Assembly (NCBI RefSeq): GCF_006345805.1
Contig: NC_043006.1
Coordinates: 67,952,001 to 68,016,000 of the forward strand
Direction: 5' to 3'
Origin: Octopus sinensis
Taxonomy: Eukaryota
DNA length: 64,000 nt
Part shown: positions 12,971-24,226 of the stretch, in pieces
Position numbering within the stretch: the first letter of the stretch is position 1
Layout: each line of letters opens with the position of its first letter
Program-made: the position numbers and the translations under genes
The notes under the pieces: generated by a model
Told to the model about the DNA's origin: nothing
Seen by the model: the letters and a program-made list of their open reading frames with translations, nothing else
The model's database searches: none

Positions 12971-13427
12971 GCATAACTACAGATGTGCCCACCTTGTCCC
13001 CACCCCGAATTTTGTTTCTTTGTGATATGGAAAACACAGAAGAGAAGTGGGTAATTAACACACCTCATCAAAACGTACGAGGAAACCAAGTTGGGGTGTG
13101 TGAATTATCAGACCCCATCCCCAATCCCACACACACATAAAATCCCAGCCTAATCGTCATCCACACCATCAGAAACGTATTTGCAGACGATTTTACTTTA
13201 AAGAATTATCCAGTTTTCAGAAAGTTAAGAGGAAACAAATCGAGGTGTGTGAATTATCCGAAACTCCGCTCCACCGGTCTGAATGATTCTTTCACAACAA
13301 ATTCCGATATAATCCAAATCTATACCATTTAAAATGAATCAAGAAATTTTCTTTAAAAAACATGCACCTTTCATGAAGTTATTAAGAAACAAAATCGGTG
13401 ATGGAGGGCACACGTCTGTAGTTACGC
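12971..13427. mobile_element. MITE-like element in IMP4 intron 1
   Basis: Inverted ends gcataactacagatgtgccc / gggcacacgtctgtagttacgc. Internal direct repeat gtgtgtgaattatc. Confidence 0.5.
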
Positions 13428-14014
13428 AGATGGTTATCTCATTGACCATCTCTACATGTAAACTAATAAGATTCAAGAGAATCCAGTACTGCAAATATAT
13501 GAAATGGTTTTAATTTGTAGTTATTATTTCATTTCTGACACTGAGATTGTCAAAAGACTTCATATATAGAGAGAAGTCAGTTCGTTTATCAATGTAAAAC
13601 AATGTTCTTCTCTCCAAATATATGAACTTCACACAGGCTAATGAGTTTCTGATATAGATTACCACTACGAGAACGACATAAATATGACACAAGATCGCTT
13701 CTCTAAACATTATATATTATGTTTAAGCATAAATATTATATGCGTGTGTGTGTGTGAGAAAAAATACATAAGGAATTGGCTAAAACTGAGAGTATGTAGA
13801 AACAATAAAAAATTCTAAAAGGAACAATAAAATCGAACGAAAATAGTAGTTGAACGAGAAGATCTGGAATATAAAGTCGATACTTTAGATTTAAAGTTAA
13901 AGTTTACATAAGGAAAGAATATATATAAGGATATGTAGAAAATATATGAAATATATATGTAAGAATCATCAGAATATATTAAATTATTGTAAAAATAATA
14001 TTGAAACAACTCAC

Positions 14015-14017
14015 CAT
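14015..14017 (-). CDS. IMP4: IMP4 coding exon 1 (start codon only)
   Basis: Minus strand reads tcaacATG|gtgagt: ATG in good context followed by a canonical donor. Phase 0 matches exon 2, which begins LRRQAR. Confidence 0.8.
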
Positions 14018-14044
14018 GTTGATTTATATATAAAAACACGTGGT

Positions 14045-14200
14045 GGAAACAGAAGAGTGGAAAGAGGGAAGTAACTCTATATATCGAAGCTCGACACTGC
14101 AAAGAATCCTATTGGAATAAAAATGAAAATAGTGTATTTTAATGCAGACGAGAATATATAAAGGCTAACATAGTAGGACTCACAACTTAATATATCGATA
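14045..14200 (-). promoter_or_regulatory. Putative IMP4 core promoter: TCT/5'TOP-like pyrimidine tract plus upstream DRE-like TATCGATA
   Basis: Minus strand has cttccctctttccactcttctgtttcc about 30-55 nt upstream of the ATG (CTCTTTCC at 14066-14059). Exact TATCGATA at 14193-14200. Confidence 0.5.
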
Positions 14201-14984
14201 CTATAGAGTAGAAAGAAACTTTAGTCTCTACTTTATCCTATAACAAAATTTATATCACTTTTAATTTTTCTTTAGTCACATTTATAAGAACGAAAAAGTC
14301 ACATTTCTTATCTCCCTTTAATTTGTTCTGCTGTTTTATGTCGTCCTTTAACATTCTTTTAGATAACACTTTATCAAACTTGAGTTTCATTAGGCATTGG
14401 GCTCGTAGAAACTTTTAATTAATTAACCTTCAGCCAATGCAATCTCTCGACACCCATTTCTTTCCAAGTTTATCCCCCACAAAAGTATTGAAGTCAGCAT
14501 TATAGATGAATGAAACTGTTGTTGATTTTATCATGGCTTACAACAGTGAATAGTTCCAACCTTGTTATATCTACTTATGACTAGGAGAACTGCACCATTT
14601 GAGAGCTACAGTAGTATCTTTTTACAATTAGGTGGTCTAGACTATCTAAAATAAACTGTGTTGGTTAAAAGATATGAACTATTGCCATTTTTGCTTGTCA
14701 CCTGACAACATAATTACTCTGCCAACCAGCTTCTCTTATCACAACCTTTTATTATAAATCCTGTTATGTTACATGCAGCACAACGAAGTATGTAAGAATA
14801 TCAGTTCAATGTTCCCTTGTAATTTGGGGTTAGCCATCTAATTCTACACAATGAACGGACTATTGTTCTATCTACAGTTGGAGATATCTTTCTCAAATGA
14901 GATAGGTATGGATGTGTGGTTACAGTGTTTGTTTCATACCAACATGGTATGAAGTTCAATCTCGCTGCATGTCACCTCAGTCAA

Positions 14985-15117
14985 GGGTTTTCTATCATAT
15001 CCTTTGCTTGACCAAATGAATGTGAGTAGAATTTTATTGATGGAAATTGTGGGTTTTCTATCATATCCTTTGCTTGACCAAATGGATGTGAGTAGAATTT
15101 TATTGATGGAAATTGTG
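14985..15117. repeat. 66-bp tandem duplication within a decayed SINE
   Basis: gggttttctatcatatcctttgcttgaccaaatg(a/g)atgtgagtagaattttattgatggaaattgt occurs twice. Confidence 0.88.
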
Positions 15118-16936
15118 TAAAGGCCATTAGAGTAACTGTTCTTGTTCTTTAGTGACCGATCACCTAGTTAAACACTTCCCACTAGGGCATAGGTAATTTA
15201 ATAGCACCCACCCTGTAGCTAACATTCATCAATGTGAGGATTACTTTCCATCTCCATTAGCCACTCTCAGAGGCCCACAAAAATGTCTTGAGCGTATTTC
15301 TTCGTCCTCTGATTAAACCTTAAAAGAAGCTCAAACTAGTTAAATTTGCAATAACTGGATGCTTGTAACATTTGAATACAACAGGAAACATATTTGTACT
15401 AATTTTTAGCTAAACCAAATTGTTGCATCATATGTTGTACTAATATTAACATAACTGTGTTGTTAAAAATTACAACATTTTTATTAATGATAAAAAATAA
15501 TACATCCATTCAAAACAGTGTGAGAAACCATTGATACAATTCTTACCTTAAGACTTAACCACTTTTTATTTAACAGAAAATTATTACAATAATTTGTAAA
15601 TGTTATGCTGCTTTTTATGGCAATGAAATTTTTGGCACAACCACAGTTTGGTCCCCCCTCTGCTTGCCTCTGAACTGTCTACTGAACTGACAAAATGTTA
15701 ACAATTAATCATTTTATTGCTTGATAGAACACACAACCATGAAATAAAATTATTTCCCTAAATTTACAAGAACCAATGCAAAACCAGCTCCTCAGACTGC
15801 AATAAATAGATGTAGAACAAAAGAAAAGAAAATAGAAACATTTTATGAATTCTTAGAATATTTCACTTTCATTCTAAAGGTGGGCAGTGGAGAAGTAGAA
15901 CCATTAGATTGATTGGAAAAGTGCCTTTGGGTATTTAGTTGCATCCCTTTACAGTCCAAATCCTGCTGGGGTTGATTTCATTTTACATCTTTCTGGGTTC
16001 AACGATATGAGTACAAGTAGAGTACTGGATCAGTAAAGATTAACTGTTCCATCTTTTTATCCAAATCAATGGGGGACATCACCCATTGATGGATACCTGT
16101 ACTCAGTGACATGTCAAATAATTGAATCTTTTTATCTATGCTGGTATTTGGATAAGTAATAACAGCAGCAGTAATATGTAGAGACTATAGAAATATAATG
16201 ATTATAACAACAACGACAACAACAACAATAATAATTTCTATTATAGGCATGTGGACTGAAATATTGAGGAGAGGGGCTAGTCAATTGCATTGGCCCTACA
16301 CTCTACTGGTACCTATTTTATCAGCCCCAAAGGATGAAAGGCAATGTTAATCTTGGTGGAATTTGAACTCAGAATGTAAAAGTTCAAATGTCACTGAAGT
16401 CGACTTTGCCTTTCATTCTTTCATGGTTAGCAAAATGAGTACCAATTGAGTACTGGAGGGAATGTAACCAAGTACCCACTCCTCTAAATATCTGACCTTG
16501 TGTTTATATCAGAAAGACAGAATTATAACTTGGTATAATAATAATTTTTTCTACTCTAGGCAAAAGGCCTGAAATTTTTTTTGGGGGGGAGTCGATTAGA
16601 TCGACCCCAGTACGCAACTGGTATTTAATTTATTGACCAAAAGGATGAACGGCAAAGTCAACTTCAGCAGGATTTGAAGTCAGAATGTAAAGACAGACAA
16701 AATACATTTGACATAATAATAATGATAATCATAATGATTTCAAATTTTGACACAAAGGCAACAATTCTGGGGGAGGAGGCAAGTTGATTACATAGACCCG
16801 AGGGCTCAACAGTTACTTCTTTTATTGACCCCAAAAGAATGAAAGGCATAGTCAACCTCACCAGAAATTGAATGGCTGAGATGTCGCCAAGTATTATGTC
16901 CAGTGTGCTAATGGTTCTGCCAGCTTGCTACCTTAA

Positions 16937-16983
<47 letters not shown>

Positions 16984-17006
16984 TAATAATAACAATAATA
17001 TTAATG

Positions 17007-17330
17007 ACTAGAGCACTCTGCCAAGGCAAAACCAATGTCTTCTCAACGATTAACCAGAGATGATTTTCAAAATGAGAATATCTGAAATAAATTCGACTGC
17101 TCTCACAAGTGAGAATACTAAAAATGAACCTGACTGCTCTCAAAAATTAAGTAAAGAAACAGGAAAAATAATTCAGGATCCTTGTCTGGTACTGAAGCGA
17201 TTCCAAAATCTAATAAGTTCATGCCAGTCATGAGGCCAAACATCCCTGTAAGTTTCATCTGAATCCATCCAGCAGTTCTTAAAATATCTGAAAACAATAC
17301 CTCTGCCTTCACTAAGGCAGAAGTGATAAT
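17007..17330 (+). mobile_element. Helentron-associated (HINE-like) element
   Basis: ACTAGAGCACTC start. 3' hairpin CTGCCTT-cact-AAGGCAG before gtgataat. Confidence 0.5.
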
Positions 17331-17333
17331 AAC

Positions 17334-17890
17334 AAATGCCTTGATAACTTACCAGGTAGTGACTCTCATGGCTTCTGATCTTAACTGATTGGAAGTGTCA
17401 TCATGTCCATGTTTTGTATTGGTGTAAATGATAGGCTACAATCAATATTCAGCTCAATACCACAGAATTGCTTAACCTTAAGTAGTGGCTGACAATATGT
17501 GCATCTCTGATCATGAACAGGAGTAGTGTAGGAGCATCATAGCCTTGTTAAGAGGAATTCTTTAGGTTTGAATAATTCACCCCTGGAAAGAAACATGGGT
17601 GTTTTGTTCATCATCCTTAAACAATCCTTATTCAGGGACCTCTTGAGTGAGATGAGCTATTTGACTTGAAGAAAATTCTAACAGGGCTCCACCTACAGGT
17701 CTTGCGCTGTTTATCTCGATATGAGACCACCATGTTGTGCACATATGGTTGTGATGTATGTGCCTGTGTACCTTTTTCAGCAGGGTAATCATGATGGGTG
17801 TATTAGGCTTCTTATATTTGTACCTCAATGTCACTTTGATGGCATGCACTGCTCTCTCGCTCAATAATAATAATAATAATAATAATAATA
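17334..17890 (+). repeat. Unclassified ~530-bp interspersed repeat with (TAA)n tail; second copy at ~62659-63220 (-)
   Basis: Both copies start AAATGCC, share the body (ttattcagggacc, ttgaataattc, catcatgatggg) and end ctc(a)ctcaat(aat)n. Confidence 0.7.
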
Positions 17891-18478
17891 ATCCTTTCTA
17901 CTATAGAGGTTAGAGCACTGGTCTTGTAAACCAGGGGTCATGAATTCAATTCTCACTGGGGGCATCATAAAGATCTTTAAATGGCGGTGCCCCAGCATGG
18001 CCACAGCTTGTGAGCTGATGAAATAAAAATGAAATATAGGCACAAGGCCTGAAATTTTGGGGGAGGGGTAAGTCACTTACATCGAACCCAGTGATTAACT
18101 GGTACTTATTTCATTGACCCTGAGAGGACGAAAGGCAAAGTTGACCTCGGCAGAATTTGAACTCAGACCATAAAGACGGATGAAATACTGCTAAGCATTT
18201 TATCCGGTGTGTTAAGGATTCTGCCTGTTTGCCGCCTTTATAATAATAATAGTAATAATCATCATCACCATCATTTAATGTCCGTTTTCCATGCTGGCAT
18301 GGGTTGGACAGTTTGACATGGTGCTGGTCAGATGATGAACTGGATAGACTCTAATTGTCTGTTGTGGAACGGTTTCTATGGCTGGATGCCCTTCCTAATG
18401 CCAACCACTTTACAGAGTGTGCTGGGTGCCTTTTATGTGCCTCCAGTATGGATGCGTTTACAGAGCACTGGCATGAGT

Positions 18479-18544
<66 letters not shown>

Positions 18545-19550
18545 TTAGTGATTGCAGTAAAGGTGATAATGCTAATGATAATAGTAATAATAGTAGTAAA
18601 AAAATATTATGTATTAGAATTGGTCCTAGCTTTGCAGTAGGAAAAATAATGAAAGATTCTAACCAATTTTTTTCATTCACTATAGATACTTTTACCCCAC
18701 CCACTCCTCCTCTCCAACCTATCCTTAAACTTACATAATTTGGACATTGTTAAGAAACTATCAACTATCAAATCTCTTGTCTTCATTAGCAAACATTTAG
18801 CTTTAAGGAATTAGAAGCTTTGTTTCTGTTGAAACAATGTTTCTTTGTATTTGGAATATTTTGTCCATTGAATCACTATCTGTAACATCGTTCATACTTC
18901 TTTTATCTCCTAAAATTTCCTGTTGCTAATTAATAATTCGTACAACAACATCAAAAGCAGCAGCAGCAACATTTTACCTTCTGTTAGAGTGACTGCAAAC
19001 AAAAGCACATTGTAAATTATTATATGCGATTATTGAGTATACAATTGTATACAGGCCTTCAGATGGATTACTCTTGTAACAAATACTTCTGTCTCCAAGT
19101 GTTTAATTGAAGCAAATGACTTATAATATTAATTATGCATATCATAAATAGATTATTATTTTTATCATAAAATACCAAACACTAGAATGTAATGACGATG
19201 GTCTGTAATTTTACGTAACTGTATTCATCCTTCATTGTATAGAACCACAATAAAAACTGAGGGTTAAGTTATAGGAAATGCATCATCATATGTTTGTATA
19301 TTATATTGTCCCCCATGTTGTATCCCTTGTTGAATCTTGTCATTTATCTTTTACTTGTTTCAGTCATTGGACTGCAGCCATGCTGGGGCACTACCTTGAA
19401 GGGTACAGTCAAACAAATTGAACCCCCACTATTTTTAAGCCTGGTACTTATTTTATTGGTTACTTTTACTGAAATTCTAAGTTACAGGGCCATAAACAAA
19501 CCGATACCAGTTGTCAAGTGGTGATGATGGTGGTGGTGGTGGACATACAC

Positions 19551-19708
19551 CAGGGGTGGACTGAGAGTGTTAAGGGCTTTTGGGCATAACTGTTTACTGG
19601 GCCCCTTTGAATGTGTGTTTTAGTAGAGTTACCATGTAGAGTGCAAGCCCCTCAGAGCTCCGGCCCCTCGGGCAGTGCCTGATTGACTGACAGCTCAGTC
19701 CACCCTTG
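19551..19708. mobile_element. hAT-type MITE
   Basis: TIR CAGGGGTGGACTGAG / CTCAGTCCACCCTTG. 8-bp TSD ACATACAC on both sides. Confidence 0.85.
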
Positions 19709-20183
19709 ACATACACAAACACAAATACACACACACATATCCATACATACATACATACATACATACATACATACATAATCACCATCATCATTTAACACCT
19801 ATTTTCCATGCTGGCATGGGTTGGATGATTTGACAAGAGCTGGCAATGCCAGGAGCTGCACCAGATTTTATTGTCTGTTTTGGCTCGGTTTCTACAGCTG
19901 GATGTTCTTCCTAACACCTACTACTTTACAGAGTGTACTGGGTGCTTTTTATATAGTGCCAGCACCAACAGGATCACCAAGAACCTTGCACAGCAAATCT
20001 TGCATACCAAAAAAAATCCCTCAGCTGAGAGTGAAGTAGTAGTATTGAGTGGGTTTGGCTTTGTGCCAGTTGAGAGATTTAAATTAAAGAGGGGACAGAT
20101 AAAAGTATTTTGCTGTAGATACATGGATGCTGTAGTTGGAAAGCAAAATGAGAGTGAGTTGGAGAGTAAGATAAAGAAAGTGA

Positions 20184-20624
20184 AAGGTGGCGAGCTGGCA
20201 GAAAAGTTAGCACGCCAGGCGAAATGCTTAGCGGTATTTCGTCTGCTGTTATGTTCTCTGCTCAAATTCTGCTGAGGTCGACTTTGCCTTTCGTTCTTTC
20301 AGGTTCGATAAATTAAGTACACACTGGGGTCGATGTAATCGACTTAATCCTTTTGTCTGTCCTTTTTTGTCTTCTCTATGTTTAGCTCCCCTGTGGGCAA
20401 TAAAGTAATAAGAAACGTTAGCACGCTGGGCAAAATGCTTAGCGGTATTTCATCTGCCGTTACGTTCTGAGTTCAAATTACGCTGAGGCCGACTTTGCTT
20501 TTCATCCTTTCAGGGTCGATAAATTAAGTACCAGTTACGCACTGAGTCAATCTAATCGACTTAATCCCCTTGTCTATCCTTGTTTGTCCCCTCTATGTTT
20601 AGCCTCTTATGGGCAATAAACAAA
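20184..20624 (+). mobile_element. Two head-to-tail family C SINEs inside one 17-bp TSD
   Basis: TSD taagataaagaaagtga at 20167-20183 and 20625-20641. Other family C copies at ~26505-26725(+), 46070-46290(+), 56395-56600(+) and 62335-62565(-). Confidence 0.8.
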
Positions 20625-20739
20625 TAAGATAAAGAAAGTGACGGTGAGAGGGATGATGATAGAGTTGTGTCAGGACATACCTCTGAGGTACATACATGCA
20701 TGCATACATACATGCACACACACACACACGCACGCACAC

Positions 20740-20775
<36 letters not shown>

Positions 20776-21189
20776 CACGTATATGATGGGGTTCTTTCAG
20801 TTTCTGTTTACCAAATCCTGACTTTGGTTGGCCTGGGGCTGTAGTAGAAGACACTTGCCCGAGATATCACACAGTGGGACTGAACCCAAAACCACGTGCT
20901 TGGAAGCAAGTTACTTAAACAATCTTCTTTATTTTGATCTTTTGTTTAGTAAATAATCTTATTTTGTGAACAATATTTGATCTGGAAAACAAGCACAAAT
21001 GAACTTAAGTTTCAGATGTCAGTTTTAATTTCTTAAAGTTTAATTTTTAGACTATTGTCAGATAAACAGTGTTCCAGCATTTGATATTTGTGGAAATAGT
21101 TGTCAATGTTTGTTTAAAATACATGTCGTGACTCTTATGGATATAACTTACTACACAATATATTCATTGACATTTTACATTTTATAAAA

Positions 21190-21589
21190 TACTAGCAGTA
21201 TCGTCCGGCATTGCTCGGGTTTGTAAGGGAAATAACTATGTAAGCATTTTTAGAGATGTAAAGTATAATAGCCATCTCAATATGGCTAACCACAAAGGGG
21301 GGTGTTACTGTAGCTTTTTACGTTCTGAGATTTAATAATACATTTTTAGAGAGTTACTTCCCTTATATATGCCAAAAATGCATTAATAATGGGAAAAAAT
21401 GATGGTAATTTTTTTTTTTAAATCGTAGACTTATCGTAGACGCGCGCTAATACCCAGAAGGGCTCGATATGAATCACGACTATAAGATACCCGCTTTTGG
21501 TTAAACTGTACCGCAAAATGTGGGAGTAGTTAGGAATCTAAATCGTAGGAGACAGACACCACACAACCTCACTTTTATATATATAGATT
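21190..21589 (+). mobile_element. Helentron/DINE-1-like non-autonomous element
   Basis: Starts TACTAG with a subterminal ccggcattgctcgg hairpin and ends acttttatatatatagatt, a typical HINE layout. Confidence 0.6.
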
Positions 21590-22247
21590 TCAAAATCAGG
21601 CGCAGGAGTAGCTATGTGGTAAGTAGTTTGCTTACCAACCACATGGTTGCAGGTTCAGTCCCACTGCGTGGAAGCTTAGGCAAGTGTCTCCTACTATAGC
21701 CTTGGGCTGATCAAAGCCTTGTGAGTAGATTTGGTAGATTGAAACTGTAAGCCTGTCGTATATATGTATATATGTATGTGTGTATATGTTTGTGAGTCTG
21801 TGCTTGCCCCCCCCCCCAATATCGCTTGACAACCGATGCTGGTGTGTTTACGTCCCTGTAACTTAGTGGTTCGGCAAAAGAGACCGATAGAATAAGTACT
21901 AGGCTTAGAAAGAGTAAGTCCTGGGGTCGATTTGCTCCAGCATGGCCACAGTCAAATGACCGAAACAAGTAAAAGAGTAAATCAAAAGACTTTTGTCTTC
22001 AGAACATGTTCAAATTACTTTGTGACATAATTTGAAACATAACTCAGAGATTTGGAACCATTTACACTGAGAATAATTTTTATTTTGGGTTTTTCTAATT
22101 CCTTTATCAATTCACTTCAGCTCCTTTATATATATATATATGCATGCATGTATGTTTTTATTCATTTTATTTCAAAATTTTTTGCAAATAGAGAAACAGC
22201 TGATTTCTAGCCTAGATCCAAGGCTGCTTCATTAGAATTTCAGCAAC

Positions 22248-22809
22248 ATCATCATCATCATCATCATCGTTTAGCGTCCGTTTTCCATGCTAGCATGGGT
22301 TGGACGGGTCAACTGGGGTCTGTGAAGCTGGAAGGCTTCGTCAGGCCCAGTCAGATCTGGCAGTGTTTCTACGGCTGGATGCCCTTCCTAATGCCAACCA
22401 CTCCGCGAGTGTAGTGGGTGTTTTTTACGTGCCACCTGCACAGGTGCCAGACAGAGCTGGCGAACGGCCACGAACGGATGGTGCTTTTACGTGTCACCGG
22501 CACGGGGCCAGGCGATGCTGGCAACGGACACGAACAGATGGTGCTTTTACGTGCCACCGACACGGGGCCAGACAAAGCTGGCAACCGGCCACGAACGGAC
22601 GGTGCTTTTACGTGTCACCGGCATGGGGTCCAGCCGAGGCTGGCAACGGACGCGAACGGATGGTGCTTTTACGTTCCACCGACACGGTTGCCAGACAGAG
22701 CTGGCAAACGGCCACGATCGGACGGTGCTTTTACGTGTCACCGGCACGGGGGCCAGCCGAGGCTGGCAACGGACACGGACGGATGGTGCTTTTACGTGCC
22801 ACCGACACA
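22248..22809 (-). mobile_element. V-domain-like SINE ((GAT)n tail) carrying an internal 60-63 bp tandem array
   Basis: Reverse complement contains ggttggcattaggaagggcatccagccgtagaaa (V-domain-like). Family also at ~525-780, 10530-10770, 24250-24510 and 51480-51680. Confidence 0.75.
22417..22809. repeat. GC-rich minisatellite, 6 full units plus a partial unit of 60-63 bp, alternating A/B
   Basis: Units start with ggtgc(t)tttacgt at 22417, 22480, 22540, 22601, 22662, 22724 and 22785. Confidence 0.92.
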
Positions 22810-23354
22810 ATAACATCAACAGGATATTTTGTATATAAGTATATGTGCAGATTTGTATTTTTTGCATTATCTATGTGTTCTCATGCACATAGTTGAATGT
22901 GTAAACATGCTCATATATACTTAAAAGTTATGTATGTATGTCTATATAGCATTTGCCACTTATTCTGATGAAGGTATCCTGGTTTTGCCTAACGGATCCA
23001 TACACCCATGCTATTGTGGGTCTTTATTATGTATGAACATGGTTATGATATAAGCGTTGTCCTTCCAAAGCAGCTGTCAAGATAAGCCTATTTCATAACT
23101 TCTATTTTCTTTATTTCTTCTTTCTGTACTCTATACTTTGTATTTGTTTTCCATGAAAATATATACATTAAGACAGATTTTGTTTATTTTTCTACTTTCA
23201 TGTATATGTGTGTATATACATACATAGATACATACATACATATAAATACATACATACATATACGTATATATATATATATATGTGATCTCTTGAGCACCAC
23301 CAGCAAAAATATTTTTTCCTCTGTCTTCCCTTCTTGGGATCTTTCCTTCTCCTT

Positions 23355-23389
23355 GTTTCCGACGAAGAGCTCCGCTCGAAACGTTAAAC
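23355..23389 (+). ncRNA. Minimal type-I hammerhead-ribozyme-like motif (U4C variant)
   Basis: GTTT-CCGACGA-A-GAGC-tcc-GCTC-GAAA-CGTT-AAAC: stem I, core, stem II, GAAA, palindromic ACGT stem III and a GUU site. Confidence 0.55.
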
Positions 23390-23532
23390 CCTCCTTCCCT
23401 TCTTTCCTGAGTGTGAATAATACTTTAATTGTTCCACGTCCTTGCGTTGCTGTTTTTTTTCTTTTTTTCTGTGTTTTCTTGTTTGGATTAACTTTATATA
23501 TATATATATATATTATATATATATATATGTAA

Positions 23533-23582
<50 letters not shown>

Positions 23583-23583
<1 letters not shown>

Positions 23584-24226
23584 TACAACTGCACTCATAA
23601 TGTTTTGGGTACAATATGTAGTCACACCCAACCCAATTTTGCGGAATCAGTGCCCCATCTTTATTTTGATCTTTTTAATAACATTTATGAACTTTCATCC
23701 CTTCTGTATCGAAGTTGATGGAATTAAAATAAAAAATCAAGCTCTAATTCAAACTTAAAAGCAAAACAGCTGTTGAATAGTAATTGTTTTTGTGCACTAG
23801 CTTACAGACTGCGTAAGCCTTTGATACAAGAAAAAATATCAATAAGCCTTTGCAGACAAACGGGAGCAAAATTCACCTTCACCCATGCCACGAAAAAGCA
23901 GCGGCAACCAAAAAAAAGTGACCAGTAAAAGTTTTTTGAAATAATCTAGCCTTGTTTGCGAAAATTTCCAAAACTTTTTGCATACATTTGATGCAAAAGA
24001 ACCTGAGGTTCATGCAGTCGTGTGTTTTATTGAAATTGTGCAAAAAACACGACCTCTACACCCCCAAATGGATCGAAAGAACCTTTTTTTTTGCCCTAGA
24101 GGCCATTCCTTTCAATTGAGCAAACTCAAAGTTGCCATGCAAACTCCCAGCACTTTTAACATAGGTGGGCAAATTTTCAGATCAATCTGACCATGCTTAC
24201 TAACACTTTTGCCTGCACAACTGCAT
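23583..24226. mobile_element. Possible Tc1-type non-autonomous DNA element
   Basis: Weak inverted ends tacaactgcactcataatgtt / aacacttttgcctgcacaactgca next to TA repeats. Confidence 0.3.

Noticed and set aside
13315-13330. ATG|gtatag as the IMP4 start exon
   Set aside because: It lies inside a MITE-like element. The site at 14015-14017 has a better donor (gtgagt), better context and an upstream promoter-like tract.
2331-14014. Box C/D snoRNAs in IMP4 introns
   Set aside because: Several RTGATGA hits were found, but none had a suitably spaced CTGA, terminal stem or evident rRNA guide.
18733-18920. Minus-strand exon-like segment ending TAT|gtaagt
   Set aside because: All frames from the stronger acceptors hit stops, there is no recognisable homology and no partner exons.
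20184-20624. SINE dimer as a single dimeric retroposon
   Set aside because: It is equally explained by a second SINE inserting into the first's tail (AATAAGA flanks the second copy).
22300-22896. Overlapping 106-198 aa ORFs as a repeat protein
   Set aside because: They arise from a GC-rich SINE minisatellite whose units are 60-63 nt, so frames shift. There is no splice or codon support.
22965-22995. CTGATGAAGG…CCT second hammerhead candidate
   Set aside because: It lacks the GAAA core and stem I; at most a decayed remnant.
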